Assembly (NCBI RefSeq): GCF_000315625.1
Contig: NW_005434590.1
Location: 108,311-172,310, forward strand
Direction: 5' to 3'
DNA length: 64,000 nt
Origin: Guillardia theta CCMP2712
Taxonomy: Eukaryota > Protista > Cryptophyta
Shown: piece after piece, positions 14,041 through 32,600 of the stretch
Position numbering within the stretch: the stretch's first letter is position 1
Layout of the letters: every line of letters begins with the position of its first letter
Notes under the pieces: generated by a model
The model's database searches: none
Seen by the model: only the letters and a program-made list of their open reading frames with translations
What the model was told of the DNA's origin: nothing
Made by a program: the position numbers and the translations under genes

Positions 14041-14810
14041 TTAGCCTCCTACTTCCTTCTTGCCCGCATACCTTCACCTGTTTCCTCTCCCTGCTGCAGT
14101 CTCAGACAAAGTCTCTTCTCGGCTCTCCATAACCTCTCAACCCCCTNNNNNNNNNNNNNNNNNNNNNNNNNNNNNNNNNNNNNNNNNNNNNNNNNNNNNN
14201 NNNNNNNNNNNNNNNNNNNNNNNNNNNNNNNNNNNNNNNNNNNNNNNNNNNNNNNNNNNNNNNNNNNNNNNNNNNNNNNNNNNNNNNNNNNNNNNNNNNN
14301 NNNNNNNNNNNNNNNNNNNNNNNNNNNNNNNNNNNNNNNNNNNNNNNNNNNNNNNNNNNNNNNNNNNNNNNNNNNNNNNNNNNNNNNNNNNNNNNNNNNN
14401 NNNNNNNNNNNNNNNNNNNNNNNNNNNNNNNNNNNNNNNNNNNNNNNNNNNNNNNNNNNNNNNNNNNNNNNNNNNNNNNNNNNNNNNNNNNNNNNNNNNN
14501 NNNNNNNNNNNNNNNNNNNNNNNNNNNNNNNNNNNNNNNNNNNNNNNNNNNNNNNNNNNNNNNNNNNNNNNNNNNNNNNNNNNNNNNNNNNNNNNNNNNN
14601 NNNNNNNNNNNNNNNNNNNNNNNNNNNNNNNNNNNNNNNNNNNNNNNNNNNNNNNNNNNNNNNNNNNNNNNNNNNNNNNNNNNNNNNNNNNNNNNNNNNN
14701 NNNNNNNNNNNNNNNNNNNNNNNNNNNNNNNNNNNNNNNNNNNNNNNNNNNNNNNNNNNNNNNNNNNNNNNNNNNNNNNNNNNNNNNNNNNNNNNNNNNN
14801 NNNNNNNNNC

Positions 14811-15445
14811 TCCTCCGGACATTCTTGACAGGTCCTTGAAGACTCATACTCCTGCCCTCCCCGCGCTGTGCTCCTTCCTCTTCCTTTTCTTCCCCTCCTA
14901 CTCTTCTTCTCTCCTCCTCCAACTCCTCCCTCCTCCTCGTTCGTCTTCTTCGACTATGCTGTTCATTCCTTCTTCTCCCTGATGTACCTTCCTCACCATT
15001 TCTTTCCTTCATGCCTTTAGAACGCGTTCCTCCCCTCCTTCCTCCTTCCTCCTCTCCTCCCTTCCTCCCTCCTCCCTCCTCCCTCCTTCCACCTGATTTC
15101 TTCGTGCGCTAGGCTGGTGCAGAGGAGGGACGACATGGAGGATCGAGTGCGGCAAAGGCAAGCTCGCTCATCGTGCCATGCGGCAGCTGACGGGTAGGAG
15201 CAGGCTCAACCAGTACCGGGAGGAAAACGAGGACGTGGCTGACCATTTCGAACATGCAAGTTTCGCAGCTCCCTTCCTGCTGTCTCCGTCTTCCCTCACT
15301 CCCGTGTTCCTCTCCTCCCCTACCAGCCTCCCTCCTCCCTCCTGCTCCTATCAGCCTCCTTCCTCCTTCCTCCTTCCTCTTGACAGCTCCTCCTGACCGC
15401 TCAGCAGGTCCTACACGTTGACGGAGCGAAGGAGCCGGAGGAGCT
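14811..15445 (+). CDS. Adenylate kinase, C-terminal exons; the N-terminal part is probably in the 14147-14809 N-gap
   Basis: Splicing gives PPDILDR|LVQRRDDMEDRVRQR|LNQYREENEDVADHFEH|VLHVDGAKEPEE. This is the ADK post-LID signature (RLxQRxDD..RL..Y..VDG) as in short-LID plastid-type ADKs. Confidence 0.7.
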
Positions 15446-16339
15446 CCTGCCCAACATCCTCGTTTTCCTTGCTGACTCATGACGATACCTGCTCCTGCTC
15501 TCTTGCCTGCTCCTGCTTCTCCTCTCCTCCCTGCTCCTGCTCTTGCTGTCTTTCTCGATCTGCTCCTGCTCCTCGCTCCTCTCAATTCGCTCCTTCTCCT
15601 TCTCCTCTACATTCTTCCTCTGTACAAATCACTTTCTATTCCCTTTGGCCCCTTTTCCCTCTCCCCCTCTTTTCTGCCTCCGCTCTTCTCCTTCTCCCAC
15701 CGCCATTCTTCACGTCGTCGTGCAATCGTTGAAGAGACATCAACTTAGCAACTTCTTCTGCTTTCTTGTTATTCATTACTGGAAACAGACTTTGTTGCTG
15801 CATGCTGCTCTCGTTTTCCTATTATCCTTCAGTCTCCACAGATTTCATCCGATTCCTCTCTTCTTCTCTCTCCTTCTCCTTCTCCACTACCCACCCTCCT
15901 TTCCTGTCCTGTCCTTGCCTTCTCACCTCCTTCCCTACAGCAGTCTGACTCTTGCCTAGTCATTGTTACTATCATCGATTTCTCTGTCCACCCACTTTTT
16001 TTCCTCCTCTTGCAAGTTTTCCCTCCTCCCCTTGCATCAACCTTCTGCTTCCAGTACACGCCTTCCTTGGGGGTAGAGGAAGCAGGGTGCGCGCTCGAAT
16101 ACTCTCCTCCTCCTCCTCCTCCTCCTCCTCCTCCTTACGTGATCGTCCTGTCTTGCTCGTGTCGACCCGTCGGAGGGCCCAGCAGCAATCATCAGGGGAT
16201 GTGCATGGAGAGAAGGAGTGCTGCTGTCTGTGCTTGACGTGCTTGACTACAACCGCTGCATGCAGCTGGGCCTCTCATCTCCCCCCTCCCCCTTGCGACG
16301 CCTCTGCTTTCTCTGTCCTAGTCTCGTCCAGCGCTCAAG

Positions 16340-17010
16340 TGCCTCTGTCTTCTCGTACTCGACGCCCCCGACGGCTCCACAGCTGACTTGTACTCCCACC
16401 GGTCCACCTGCCCTCCAGCAAGCACACCTTGTCAGACCGGTACGCTCAAGCTCTCTCCCCCAGTCCCCGGCAAAGTCCCTCCACTTTGGGCGTCTCCCCG
16501 ACTCACCGGGATGAAGACGGTCTTCATCGCTCTACTTCGCCCTGCCCCCGTCATCGGCTGCCCAGGTCTGACTGCGAAGGACCAGGTGCTGTACATGACG
16601 TAGCACAGGTAGGTAAAGACCAGGTGCTGTACATGACGTAGCACAGGTAGGTAAACTCCGTCATGGGTAGTCGCAGTTCTCTGCTGGCTATCCTGCTTAG
16701 CAGCTCCTCCATCTGCAGCCCATCAGCCTGGACATGCCATCGGCAGCAAACAAGTGCGTTCGCTGCCCCGTCGACGGGTTGAGATGCTGCCTTACCAACT
16801 CGAAGCTCTGCTGGTCGTACAGCCATCCCTTCGTCCAGTCAGCAATCATTCTTTTCATGGTAGACCGCATATCGTCTTGTAGATTGCGGTGAAGTGAGCA
16901 ACGCCATTGGATCCCCCTTAGCAAAGAAATTGAGAGAGAGATCTGAGTGAGTTGTGATGTAACTGATCATGTTTCGATGACTTGTTCAATTCTATGTAAA
17001 CCTCCTCCAA
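16340..17010 (-). pseudogene. Orphan spliced gene remnant with a frameshifting 38-bp duplication
   Basis: Coding-like exons (LRGIQWRCSLHRNLQDDMRSTMKRMIADWTKGWLYDQQSFEL; MEELLSRIASRELRLPMTEFTYLCYVMYSTWS) with GT-AG introns. The exact duplication at 16580-16655 shifts the frame. Confidence 0.45.
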
Positions 17011-18009
17011 ATTCGGAGGAGGAGATGGAGGATCGAGTTCGTGCGATGCGGCAGCTGATGCTCCTTCTCTCCTCCCTGCTCCTGCTCCTCCTCTCTTACT
17101 CACCACTGCTCCTCCTGCTGCTTCATACTCTCCAGCTTTCCTCTGTGAAAATCACTTTCTGTCCCGTGCGCTACCCTTCCCTCTCCCTCTTCCATTGTCA
17201 CTCCGCTGTTTCCTCCTCTTACCGCCCTCTTCACATCGCATTTCCCTCGTTTGTTATTATTACATCAAGCTCGCCTGTGCGTTAAAACATTTGTCTAGGA
17301 ATAGTCAACAGATCTATCAGTATCTACATATCTACACCTTGCCTCCTCCTTTCTTCTTCCTCCTCCCTCACTGATACTCCTTTCTCCTCTCTCCTCTCTC
17401 CTCCTTCCCTATTCGTCCATGTCTGTGATCTCCATGGTGTTTTCGGAAGAAAGGTCTTGTCTCTTCTCATGAACCTTGGGAAACAAATCTCAACAACCAC
17501 TCATGGGTGTAATGAGCGAACATGGTGGGAGGAGAAGGGGAAGGGGAAGAGGAAGGGGAAGAGGAAGAGGAAGAGGAAGAGAGGGGAAGGAGGGTAGGGG
17601 GTGGGGGGGGGGGGGGAGGAGGGGTGTGAGGGAGGGAGGTAAAAGGAGGTCATCATTGGGCGTAAGGGACGAACACTTTTTTTTTTTTTTGTATGNNNNN
17701 NNNNNNNNNNNNNNNNNNNNNNNNNNNNNNNNNNNNNNNNNNNNNNNNNNNNNNNNNNNNNNNNNNNNNNNNNNNNNNNNNNNNNNNNNNNNNNNAGGAG
17801 GAGGAGGAGGAGGAGGAGGAGAGAGAGAGAGAGAGAGGGAGAGTGTGAGGGGGGGTGGTGGAGGGGGGAGGAGGAGGAGGAGTAAAAGAGGGAAGGGGGA
17901 AGGAAGAGACCAGCAGGACACGAGGAGAGCAGTAGGAGACGAGGAGGATGAGTTTCGAGGAGAGGAGGGATGGAAGAGGACAAGGAAGAGATGAAGGAGG
18001 AGGGTAAGG

Positions 18010-23940
<5,931 letters not shown>

Positions 23941-26229
23941 CATGTATTTCAGCCACCCACATGCGACTGCCCGGCTCATGTCTCGCCTTCCTGTATAATG
24001 ACCAGATCTGCCCGAGGTTGGTTCCATGAAACCTACGAGAACCTCAATCGCGAACTTGCTGCCCGTCAGAGGGTTCAAGCACCTTGCTGGTATCCTACAA
24101 GGGCTCGAGAATGTCGGGCTTCTCGATATACCTCATTGCTGCGACGAAAGGATCAACGATCTAACGTTTGGTTGAGATTGTACTTTGTGGCTAAGATTGT
24201 GCTTCATTCAGTTCAACTTAAATTCATTGTCCAGCGGTGCTACTCGTTGAAAGAGAACGATATCACACAACTGAGCTCAACAATATCTCGCTTCGTATCA
24301 CACGGATACAACGTGGTAAAGACTGTTCTGATTCTGGTCTACACACAAAAACCTCCCGAAAACAGTTCTTCATGTGCATTGACGATAATTGGCCCTAGGA
24401 TCTCGGACCTGCCTCCCCTACACCATCAATTGTCCCCAGCTCTTTGGTCAAATTTCAAAGACCTGTCGCATACAGTACCTTCGCAACATCTACGCTCCGC
24501 AGCAGAACAGAGAAGACATTCTACTCTCATCTGATAGCATCTTTGCTGCAACTTACTATCAGACTCATCACTTTTCTTCTCCTCCCCTCTCCTGTCCTCT
24601 CCTCTGTTCACGACGCCCCCCGCTGATCTCTACTTCCCCTTCCCAGCAGCATGGAAACGCCAGATAACGGATGACCTATATAACACCCCTTCCTTTGACC
24701 ACCACGAGTTTTTGTACTGTACCCTACTTCTTTCCCACATAATTGTGCTCAAAATACGGGTACTCAACATACCCCACCCCACATCAAAGCTCAATGCCAC
24801 AAAGGCACATCAGCAGTAAAAGAAAACCCCTACCCCCCTCGTCCGGCCACTTCCCTGCTGTACCCACCCCTGTTTTCTACCAAAACCTTCTTGTATTTAC
24901 CCCCCTTCTCTCAGTCAACTACCCTACCCCTATCTCAAATCCTTGAGACCAGCCAGCCAACCGTCCCCCTGGGTCACTGGCTTATAAAAGTTTTACTTAA
25001 AACTTGAATGTGACTGAGCCTCCGAGTCCGAGGCCGCGGGCCCGGCGAGTCCGCGGCGGCCGGGCCGGGGCCGACTGCCGGGCCCGGACTTGAACGCCGG
25101 GTCACGAAGTTGCCCGGCCCGATCGTGTGAAAGCTCGGTTTGTTCACGAGTCACCGTATCAGTGGCACACGGTTCAACTGAGCCTTTCTTACTCAAAGTT
25201 GAGTCAAAGATCAGTACGAGTTGTCGGCGTTTACTCAAAGTTAAGTTAAAAAGCAGTACGAGGACAATCAGGCGAGTCGAGGAGGCTTGACCCTGACACT
25301 GTCGCACAGGCCAAACGGCGAGAAGAGAAAAGACAGCGAGAACCAAACCCAATCCCGAGTCCTGCCAACTGCCGGACCGGTGCCTGCTGAGGCGGACTCG
25401 ATATAGTAGGCTGATCTAGAATAAAAAGTACCGCAGTACTTGAGAGTCATTTTGGTACAATGATGAATACTTTTATGTTTATAGTTGAATTTCTTTTAGG
25501 TTTTAAAATTCCTCTTGTGAAGTTCATTTTTGCTCCTACAAATAATTAGATCTTCGGATTTTGATTTTAAAGTCTTTCGAAATCTTTTTTAATTTGTACC
25601 AGTGTTGCAATCTTCATACAAATATTTAGTTAATATTCAAGTAGTCACTAAAAGGTACTACCACACAGTGAGAGCACAATCGATTGGGTAGGGGTCCTGT
25701 CCTGGGGTGGGTAGTTTCATATATAGCTCGCTGGGTACATTGTATGGGGGGTGGGTAATGGAAACCTGAATGTTGGGCAGAGGGGGTTATCCCAACCGAG
25801 TTTCTGGAGGTAGGGTAGTCTATTCAAGAGGGTGAGGGTCCATTCACGGAGGAGCAAAAGGGTACATTTACAATACAATGAAGGGGTACATGGTGAAGTG
25901 AGAGGGTAAGGGGTACCAACTTATTGTAGGATGGGGTGGGTGGGGGTGGGGAGGAGAAGAGGCGCAGTAGGAGATGGCACTAGGGAGGGAAGTAGGGATA
26001 GAGAGGAAGGGAGGGACGAGAGGAAGAATGGGAGCGGGCGGAGGATGTAAGAAGGGGCAGAATGAATGTTGACAAACAGAGAGAAGAAAATCTAGGAAGA
26101 AGAGGATAAAGGTTGGGTCAGGCAGACGGCATTAGAGAAAATCGGGGCGAGGAATGTATGGAGAATGAGTGGGAAGGAGAGTGATAAGCTTCCGAGGATA
26201 GGAAAGTACAGGGAAACATAGCAGAGGTG

Positions 26230-28710
26230 ATGGGAAAAGAGGGTGTCTTTTTCCAAGGAGAATTCCATGATAGGAGGTGGAACATCATCATGTGGGATCG
26301 ACGCTGTATTTGGATCCGGAAAGGGGTTGGACAAGGCAGTAGTGTCCTCGCTGTGAAATCATTTTCATGGGTTCACTCCCCAGGTCTCTGTTTCTCGAAG
26401 ATGTCGGACTGGGGGCAGAGTATCAAGGTGCCTTCATGCAATGTCGAGCCTCCTCCCTCTGAGAATTGATAGGAAAATATAAGTTTGTTCCTTGACTCGG
26501 TATTTGGCCCCGAAACCAACCCCAAGTACAATACTTCGTACACAAGTACTGTCCAGAGCAATGCGCCTCAACATCCGCCGAAGTTTTATCCTGGAGGTAG
26601 ATGTGATACACTCTCATACGAAAACTTGCATTGTGAAGAATCACTTTGTTTCGTTTCTTATCGCCTGTTTGCTAGATAAGTTTCATGTCACACCAAGGGA
26701 GAGTTACAGGAGCCAAGCATCCTCCACTTTTGTAGGAGTTCAGGTACTTCGAATATACCAGCGCTGTCTCCTCTCATGGCGATGCCTCTCAGCAAGACTC
26801 ATACGCAGACAGAAACCATTCTTACGAGGTACTCAACTTGGAGGTTTGACGGATTGTGATTGTGATCGAACAGAATGGAAACTCGTATTACAGCCAAGAT
26901 GATGAAAGGCCGAAGTTGAAGGTAGATAGGCTTCCTCATGGAAAATCAGGACCAACATCATGCAGGTCTCCGCAGAGTTCATCCAGCCATTCAATACCAC
27001 CTTTCACACCCCCTCCATTGTAAGTTTGTTTTACTTATAACTATCATGAGCTTTTGTGCAGGTCAGCTCCTCTTTACCTTCGAATGTTCGGACGAATGGG
27101 TCGTCTACTTCAAACATCGGCTAGAAGAGGTCTGCTCACGTGTTATCATGACAGGCAGAACCATTCTTTCAAGCATGTCAATTTCGAAGCAATTTCCAAG
27201 TTTCGGAAGTAATCCTGCAATCAATCGTGATGCGCATCCTCATTTAGTGATCTGCTCTGTCCAGATGGATCCGCGAGCAGGCTGGAGAACAAATCGATGC
27301 TCTGGTTTGTGTTGCATGAGAATTTTAAGAGAGTTGTTTAAGAAAACAAGCAGGTTCTATCTAGACAAGTCAACTATGCGGATTATGCAGTCATCGATAA
27401 TGAGATGCAACCAATTACAGACCAGGTGCACATTCCCTCTTCCACATCAACGAGCGAAAGATGATTATTCTGATTCCGGTCTGGTTTATCAGGAGAGCAA
27501 CGGCTTGTACCTATGGAAAGGGAGGACAGTAAGTTGTCTTGGGTACATGGCAACACAGTACGTTGAACATCAATCATGCAGATCAGGGTGGAAGGTCCAG
27601 ATAGGTTCAATCCCATCCAAGTTGTAGACGAGCAAACGAACGAGGTCTTTACAGTCTGCTGTTTCAAGCTTCGTGATGACAAGTACAGGTGATCTGGGAC
27701 ATCGCAAACCATTCGATCTGGAATGTCCCTTGGGTACATGATTTGTTTTCAGTCGAACAGAGCCCGGAGGTAGTTGGCGTATCCCGGCTGCAGTGTTCCT
27801 CATTCTGTTGCAGAACATCTTGATTGTTGACCGTGCAAGTAGCATTGCTGTGTATGAGTGGGACAGGTTGTTTGACATCATCGATTATGATTAGTTGCCT
27901 GAATGCTTCTTTCCGTGAAACCAGGAGGTACAACGCAGGGAGATGGCTCATTCCTGAAAATGTCAACGGTGCACCTCTGCCAAGCACGGACTTCGGATTT
28001 GCAAGCCAAAGCACGCCCCCATTGCCGCTTGCGAAGGAAGCTCTTGAGGTCGGGACGGACTTGCGCGGCGCTTCTCTACCTCAAGTTCAGAGTCTGCTCC
28101 AGACGCTTTCGCAGGTCGCGATGTCAAGTCCTGCCCTCTCTCGCTTCTGATGATGAGCAGGAGCGCAAGACGATCGAGCTGGTTGTGTTGCGCGGACCAG
28201 ATGCTGGGGGCCCAGCAAGGCAGCGGCTGCTGACCCTTCAGGTGCATGGCTGGGCCTAGGGGATTGTTTTCTGATTTAGCTCAGGCTCGCAAGAGTGGGC
28301 TGGGGCTTGCACTGGGGGTACATGAAGAGTCTGGACTTGTCTGCATAGCAGCAGTCAGGTCCTGAGTGACCTCAATCACTGATAAAAGGGTTCCTCAAGT
28401 CGTTCAACCAGGGCCGGTGGGGCAGCAGCTGAAGCAGACGTGCGAGTAGGGGATCGACTATTGGTGACCTTGAGATATTGATCGTCAGTTCAATCATGAT
28501 GGTACCTTAGGTCCTCGACTCGAGAGACGCAGAGCCGTCGGAGTTGGAAGGATATGAGAACGATGGTGATCATTCGTCCTGTACTGCAGGTTGTTGATGC
28601 GACTTGTACCAGATGGAAATTCAGTTGGGTTGCTCGCGCAGAATGCATATCTTGAACGAGCTATTGATGGACCGGGAACCAGTGTCAGCTCTGGGTCTGG
28701 TATCGTGGTC

Positions 28711-28754
<44 letters not shown>

Positions 28755-28755
28755 T

Positions 28756-28832
<77 letters not shown>

Positions 28833-29013
28833 GGCAGGAGCAGGAAGCGCGCGGGTGCCTGGCTCCGCCAGCTTGGACGACAGACGTGACTTCACGCCTA
28901 TGACCCAGAAGCCTGTGTTTCAAGAGTTCGTTGCTGGGCTGCAGTATGTCAACACAGAAGAATCAAAGCGGGAGAAGGGCTTGTCTCAGTCCAACAAGGT
29001 ACAGCCCTCTTGA
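26230..29013 (+). CDS. Hypothetical intron-rich gene(s) of unknown function
   Basis: Regular short GT/GC-AG introns between coding-like exons (e.g. ENISLFLDSVFGPETNP, LLFTFECSDEWVVYFKHRLEE, ERKTIELVVLRGPDAGG, KPVFQEFVAGLQYVN..QPS*). No family recognised. Confidence 0.4.
28710..28845. repeat. (GGAGCA)n hexanucleotide microsatellite, intronic
   Basis: Visible array. The same motif on the opposite strand occurs at 1243-1298 and 58003-58080. Confidence 0.95.
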
Positions 29014-29682
29014 GTGGGATGATTGTTCGTTGATAAAGTATGCAGATTGGTATAGAAACCATCAACGAGCGTGGAGTAGGTAATCTTTCGCTCTTTGTCG
29101 CCCTCCGATAGCTCCCCTAACATGAAAGTCAGATCCAGTGGTCCTCCCGAGCCCCAAGGATCTCTCTACCTTGTCGAACTTCACGATCCCAGGAGATGTG
29201 AGTGTCTTGTGATGGTTCTTGTCTTGAACTGATGCCTGAGCAGGGGAGCACGACACCGAGCTCTGGCAGACCGAGGTTCTTTCTCTTCCCCCCCAACAAT
29301 TATCGTCTCCCAAACCCTCTTGGCAGAGCTCACTTCCTTGAGATTCCAGACTCTGAGTCAAAATCTTCAATCACTCACTTGCCCCCCTACTTCTCTCTCT
29401 TGTCCGATACCTTCCTTCCTACTTGTTACTACCTTCCTACTCCTTGCTACCTCACTCATCCTTCCCTTCTACTCCTTTCTTGTCCTGTACGATAACTCAT
29501 TCCATTCTTCAGCCGGAGGCTTTCAGGGAAGATCGGAGATCTCATCGGTCGGCTACAGGGGAACAACAGCTCGCAGACCGAAGAGACAGTCTGATTTCAG
29601 GAGCAGCGAATCGCATCGGAAGCTTGTGACTGACATTTTATTGTTACCTTTAACACTCAGAAGAAGGAGTTTGAATAATTTC

Positions 29683-32600
29683 TTAAGGGACTGACACTGT
29701 CTGCGTGTCCCACGGAAAGAACCTTGACACCTCCACTAGCACCCAGGGGTGAGGAGCCGGCATCCCACCGCGGGCGAAGCCGAGATCGTAGATGGCCATG
29801 GTCCGGGCCCGGAGGTCAAGTTTGACCAGCCCGTTCTGAGCGAGGAGAAACAGAGCATCTTGTGACGGCGATACAGCCGAAGCCCCCAGCACGAGCTGAC
29901 GCGAGAACCTCTCGTCGAAGATCGACATCAGAAGAGTCATCGTGCCGCTGCTGGGGTCGAGCTGAACCAGTTGGAGGGTGTGGTTGCGGGAAGCAACAGC
30001 GAGCAGCCCCAGCGGTCGATCGAGAGGGTCCAGGGGCCTGTCGAGAAACTCCATGCAGGCGAGGCCGCCAAAGGTGTCCTCGTCCCTGACGATGTTGACG
30101 TGGGACAGCAGCTCGCCTGTGGTGGAATCGAGGGCCACGACCATGGTGCGGGTAGCGAAGAAGAATCGCCCTCCTCTGACGTCAGCAGCTGATACTGCTG
30201 GGGTGATGGAGCACTCGAAGGCGAAGCAGAAGCTCTCGAGGCTCCTGGTCGTCACAGTCGCTTGAAGTCTGCGGCAGGGGTCAGCTGGTTGTCCAGCTTG
30301 AGACTAGCTCGTACCTATCATAGCGGAAGAAGACAGTGCCCTGCTCGGGGGACATCAGCAGGCCGAGCAAGGAGCTTGCGTTGGAGTCCCAGGAGAGGAG
30401 CAGGACGCTTCCTGACACGTTGATCGGCACTTCTGATATGGCGGAAGTGACCAGGTCATAGCTGAGGACACGGCTGTTAGCGGCGAAGTAGACGGCTCCT
30501 CCCTGAGGGTCGAGGGTCGACAGGCCCTGAGTGATCCCGTTGACCCCAACGCTCCTCTTGACCATGGCCTGCGGGGAAGTCAGACGGGAGGGAGGGAGGA
30601 GTGTCAGCTGCTGCCTGATTGGAGACGGAGTAGTCGAGAAGAACTGCTTCCTCCCCGCTAAAGAGAGTGATGAAACCTTTGTTGAGGCCCCGGTCGACGA
30701 CCTTGACGTTGTGGGCAACGTCGACAGGCGTCAAGTCTGGGAGGAAAGTGGCGTATCCTAACATCTTGGGAGGCAGAGTCAGAGGGAGGGAAGGGAAGGA
30801 GGGAGGGAGGGAGGAGAGAGAGGGAGAGGAAGGGGAGGGAGGAGATGGAGGGAGGGAGGAGAGGGGGAATGGAAGGCATCTACCTGTTCACGCAGTGGCA
30901 GCTCAAACACCTTCACTTTTGAAAGCAGGAAGCTAACAGCCGTCCCTTCCGTCGGGTTCCCTCCTGTTGTCAGCAGCAAGCTCGATGAGCCTGCTGCTCC
31001 CTGCTGCAACTCTGCGGAGATCCCGACGAGGTCGCTGATGGCAGTGTCGTTCCCTGCTCTGAAGGCAGACGAGAGATTGAATCGGAGGAGGGAGCCGGGA
31101 GGGAGGAAGTTGGGGAGGAGGAGGGAGACTTTGAGCGTCACGACGTCGACGGAGAGGAAGGAGGAGATCTCAGCCTTGGGGCTCAGGATGGTAGCGACTT
31201 CGAGGTTGTACCCCTGCACGTTGGAGTCTTGCTGGATCAGGAGCATGGCGCCAGTGAAGATAGTCAGCCCGAACGGGCCGGACGGCCCGGTCCATGGCCG
31301 GTTCTTGACGCCGACCAGCGTGAAGTCGAGGGAGGTGAACGGGGTCTCGCCCAGCAGGCAAGTGAGCAGGATCAGGGGCCCGTCTTCAGGTCGACGAGGA
31401 ACGTAGAAGGCATGCGTGAGGTTGGAACGAAGGCTGTCGGAGGAGACCTCCAGTTGGAACGGGAGGCCGGAGACGTTGAGGAACCTCGACTTGGGGAGGA
31501 AGGCGAAGGAGGGCGGGAGCTGGACGGCGATGTAGGCTCCTGCTGGGAGGGGGGTTGTGATCTTGAAGGATAGAGTCACGTCGTTGAATGCCCCGCAAAC
31601 AGCAGAGGAAATGGTCATCATCGGCGACAGAGACTGACTGACAGTCACCAGGATCTCCCCGCTCCTCCTCTCCACCAGGTATCCATCTGCATCGAACGCA
31701 AGCAGCTCAGCTCCCTCCGCGTTTCCAGCGTACGGCCTGTTCACGACCCCGGCGACCTCGATCGTCACGACGTCGTTCTGCCTGGCGTTCCTGGAGCACG
31801 TCGCGGCTGACAGCGCCAAGTTCACTGTCGTATCGTTCACCACCTTGACCTCCATGCTGCAGGTGCCGTGAGGGAAGACGAAGGAGGCGGAGACAGTTGA
31901 AGTGAAGGAGAAGAGAGGAGGGAGGTTTAGCTGTAGAGAGTTCAGAGCTGAGATGGGGCTCCGTGTTTGAAAGCTCATCCGCCATGTTGTCGTTGACGTC
32001 TGAGTCTGAACAGAGCTTGTGAGCTCCATGGGTTGGTAGAGACAAGGAGAGAAGCTTATCTCAAGCTGAGAAGACCTGGACACCTTGCGGCTGGAGGGGG
32101 ACAGGAGGTCTAGAGTGTACCAGATGCTCCGAGCAGCAAACGAGTTCTGAACTCCCGCCAGCTCCACCACCATGGGAGTTCGAGGAGCGATGGGAGTGGA
32201 GGACAGGAGAGTTACTTCAATGTACCGTGAGTTCACCTGCGTCAAGTTCCACATGCCCTTGCTCAAGACCTCGACCTGCTCGTTCCCTGCGTTTGTCTCG
32301 TTAATCATGTCAATGGACAGGATCGAGCCCGGGAGCAGGTGGCCCTCCAGCTCGAACCCGATGGTCCAGCTGGCCAAGGAGGACGCGATGTCTGGGCTGC
32401 GAGAGGAGGAGATGGAGAGGAAGGACGAACGGCTCAGCGTGAGGGCAGGGAAGACGGCAACGTCGATGACGTAGTCCTGGCAGTCTTTGGTCTCAATTCT
32501 TGCTGTGCTCGTAGGACCCTCCCCGTACTGGTTCTCAACCCCAACGACTGTGAAGCTCACCAGCTCTCCCGCCAGCACGTCCCGCCCTTTCCCGTCCCTC

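Noticed and set aside
14049-15012. ORFs spanning N runs (also near 7.1, 17.7, 57.6 and 58.2 kb)
   Set aside because: They are open only because assembly gaps contain no stop codons.
26290-26330. DAVFGSGKG as a Walker A motif
   Set aside because: I could not extend this frame through splice sites into an NTPase-like sequence; it meets stop codons.
30779-30883. Pro-rich C-terminus of the 6,780-aa ORF
   Set aside because: Read-through into a CT-rich intron; the coding sequence continues at 30764.
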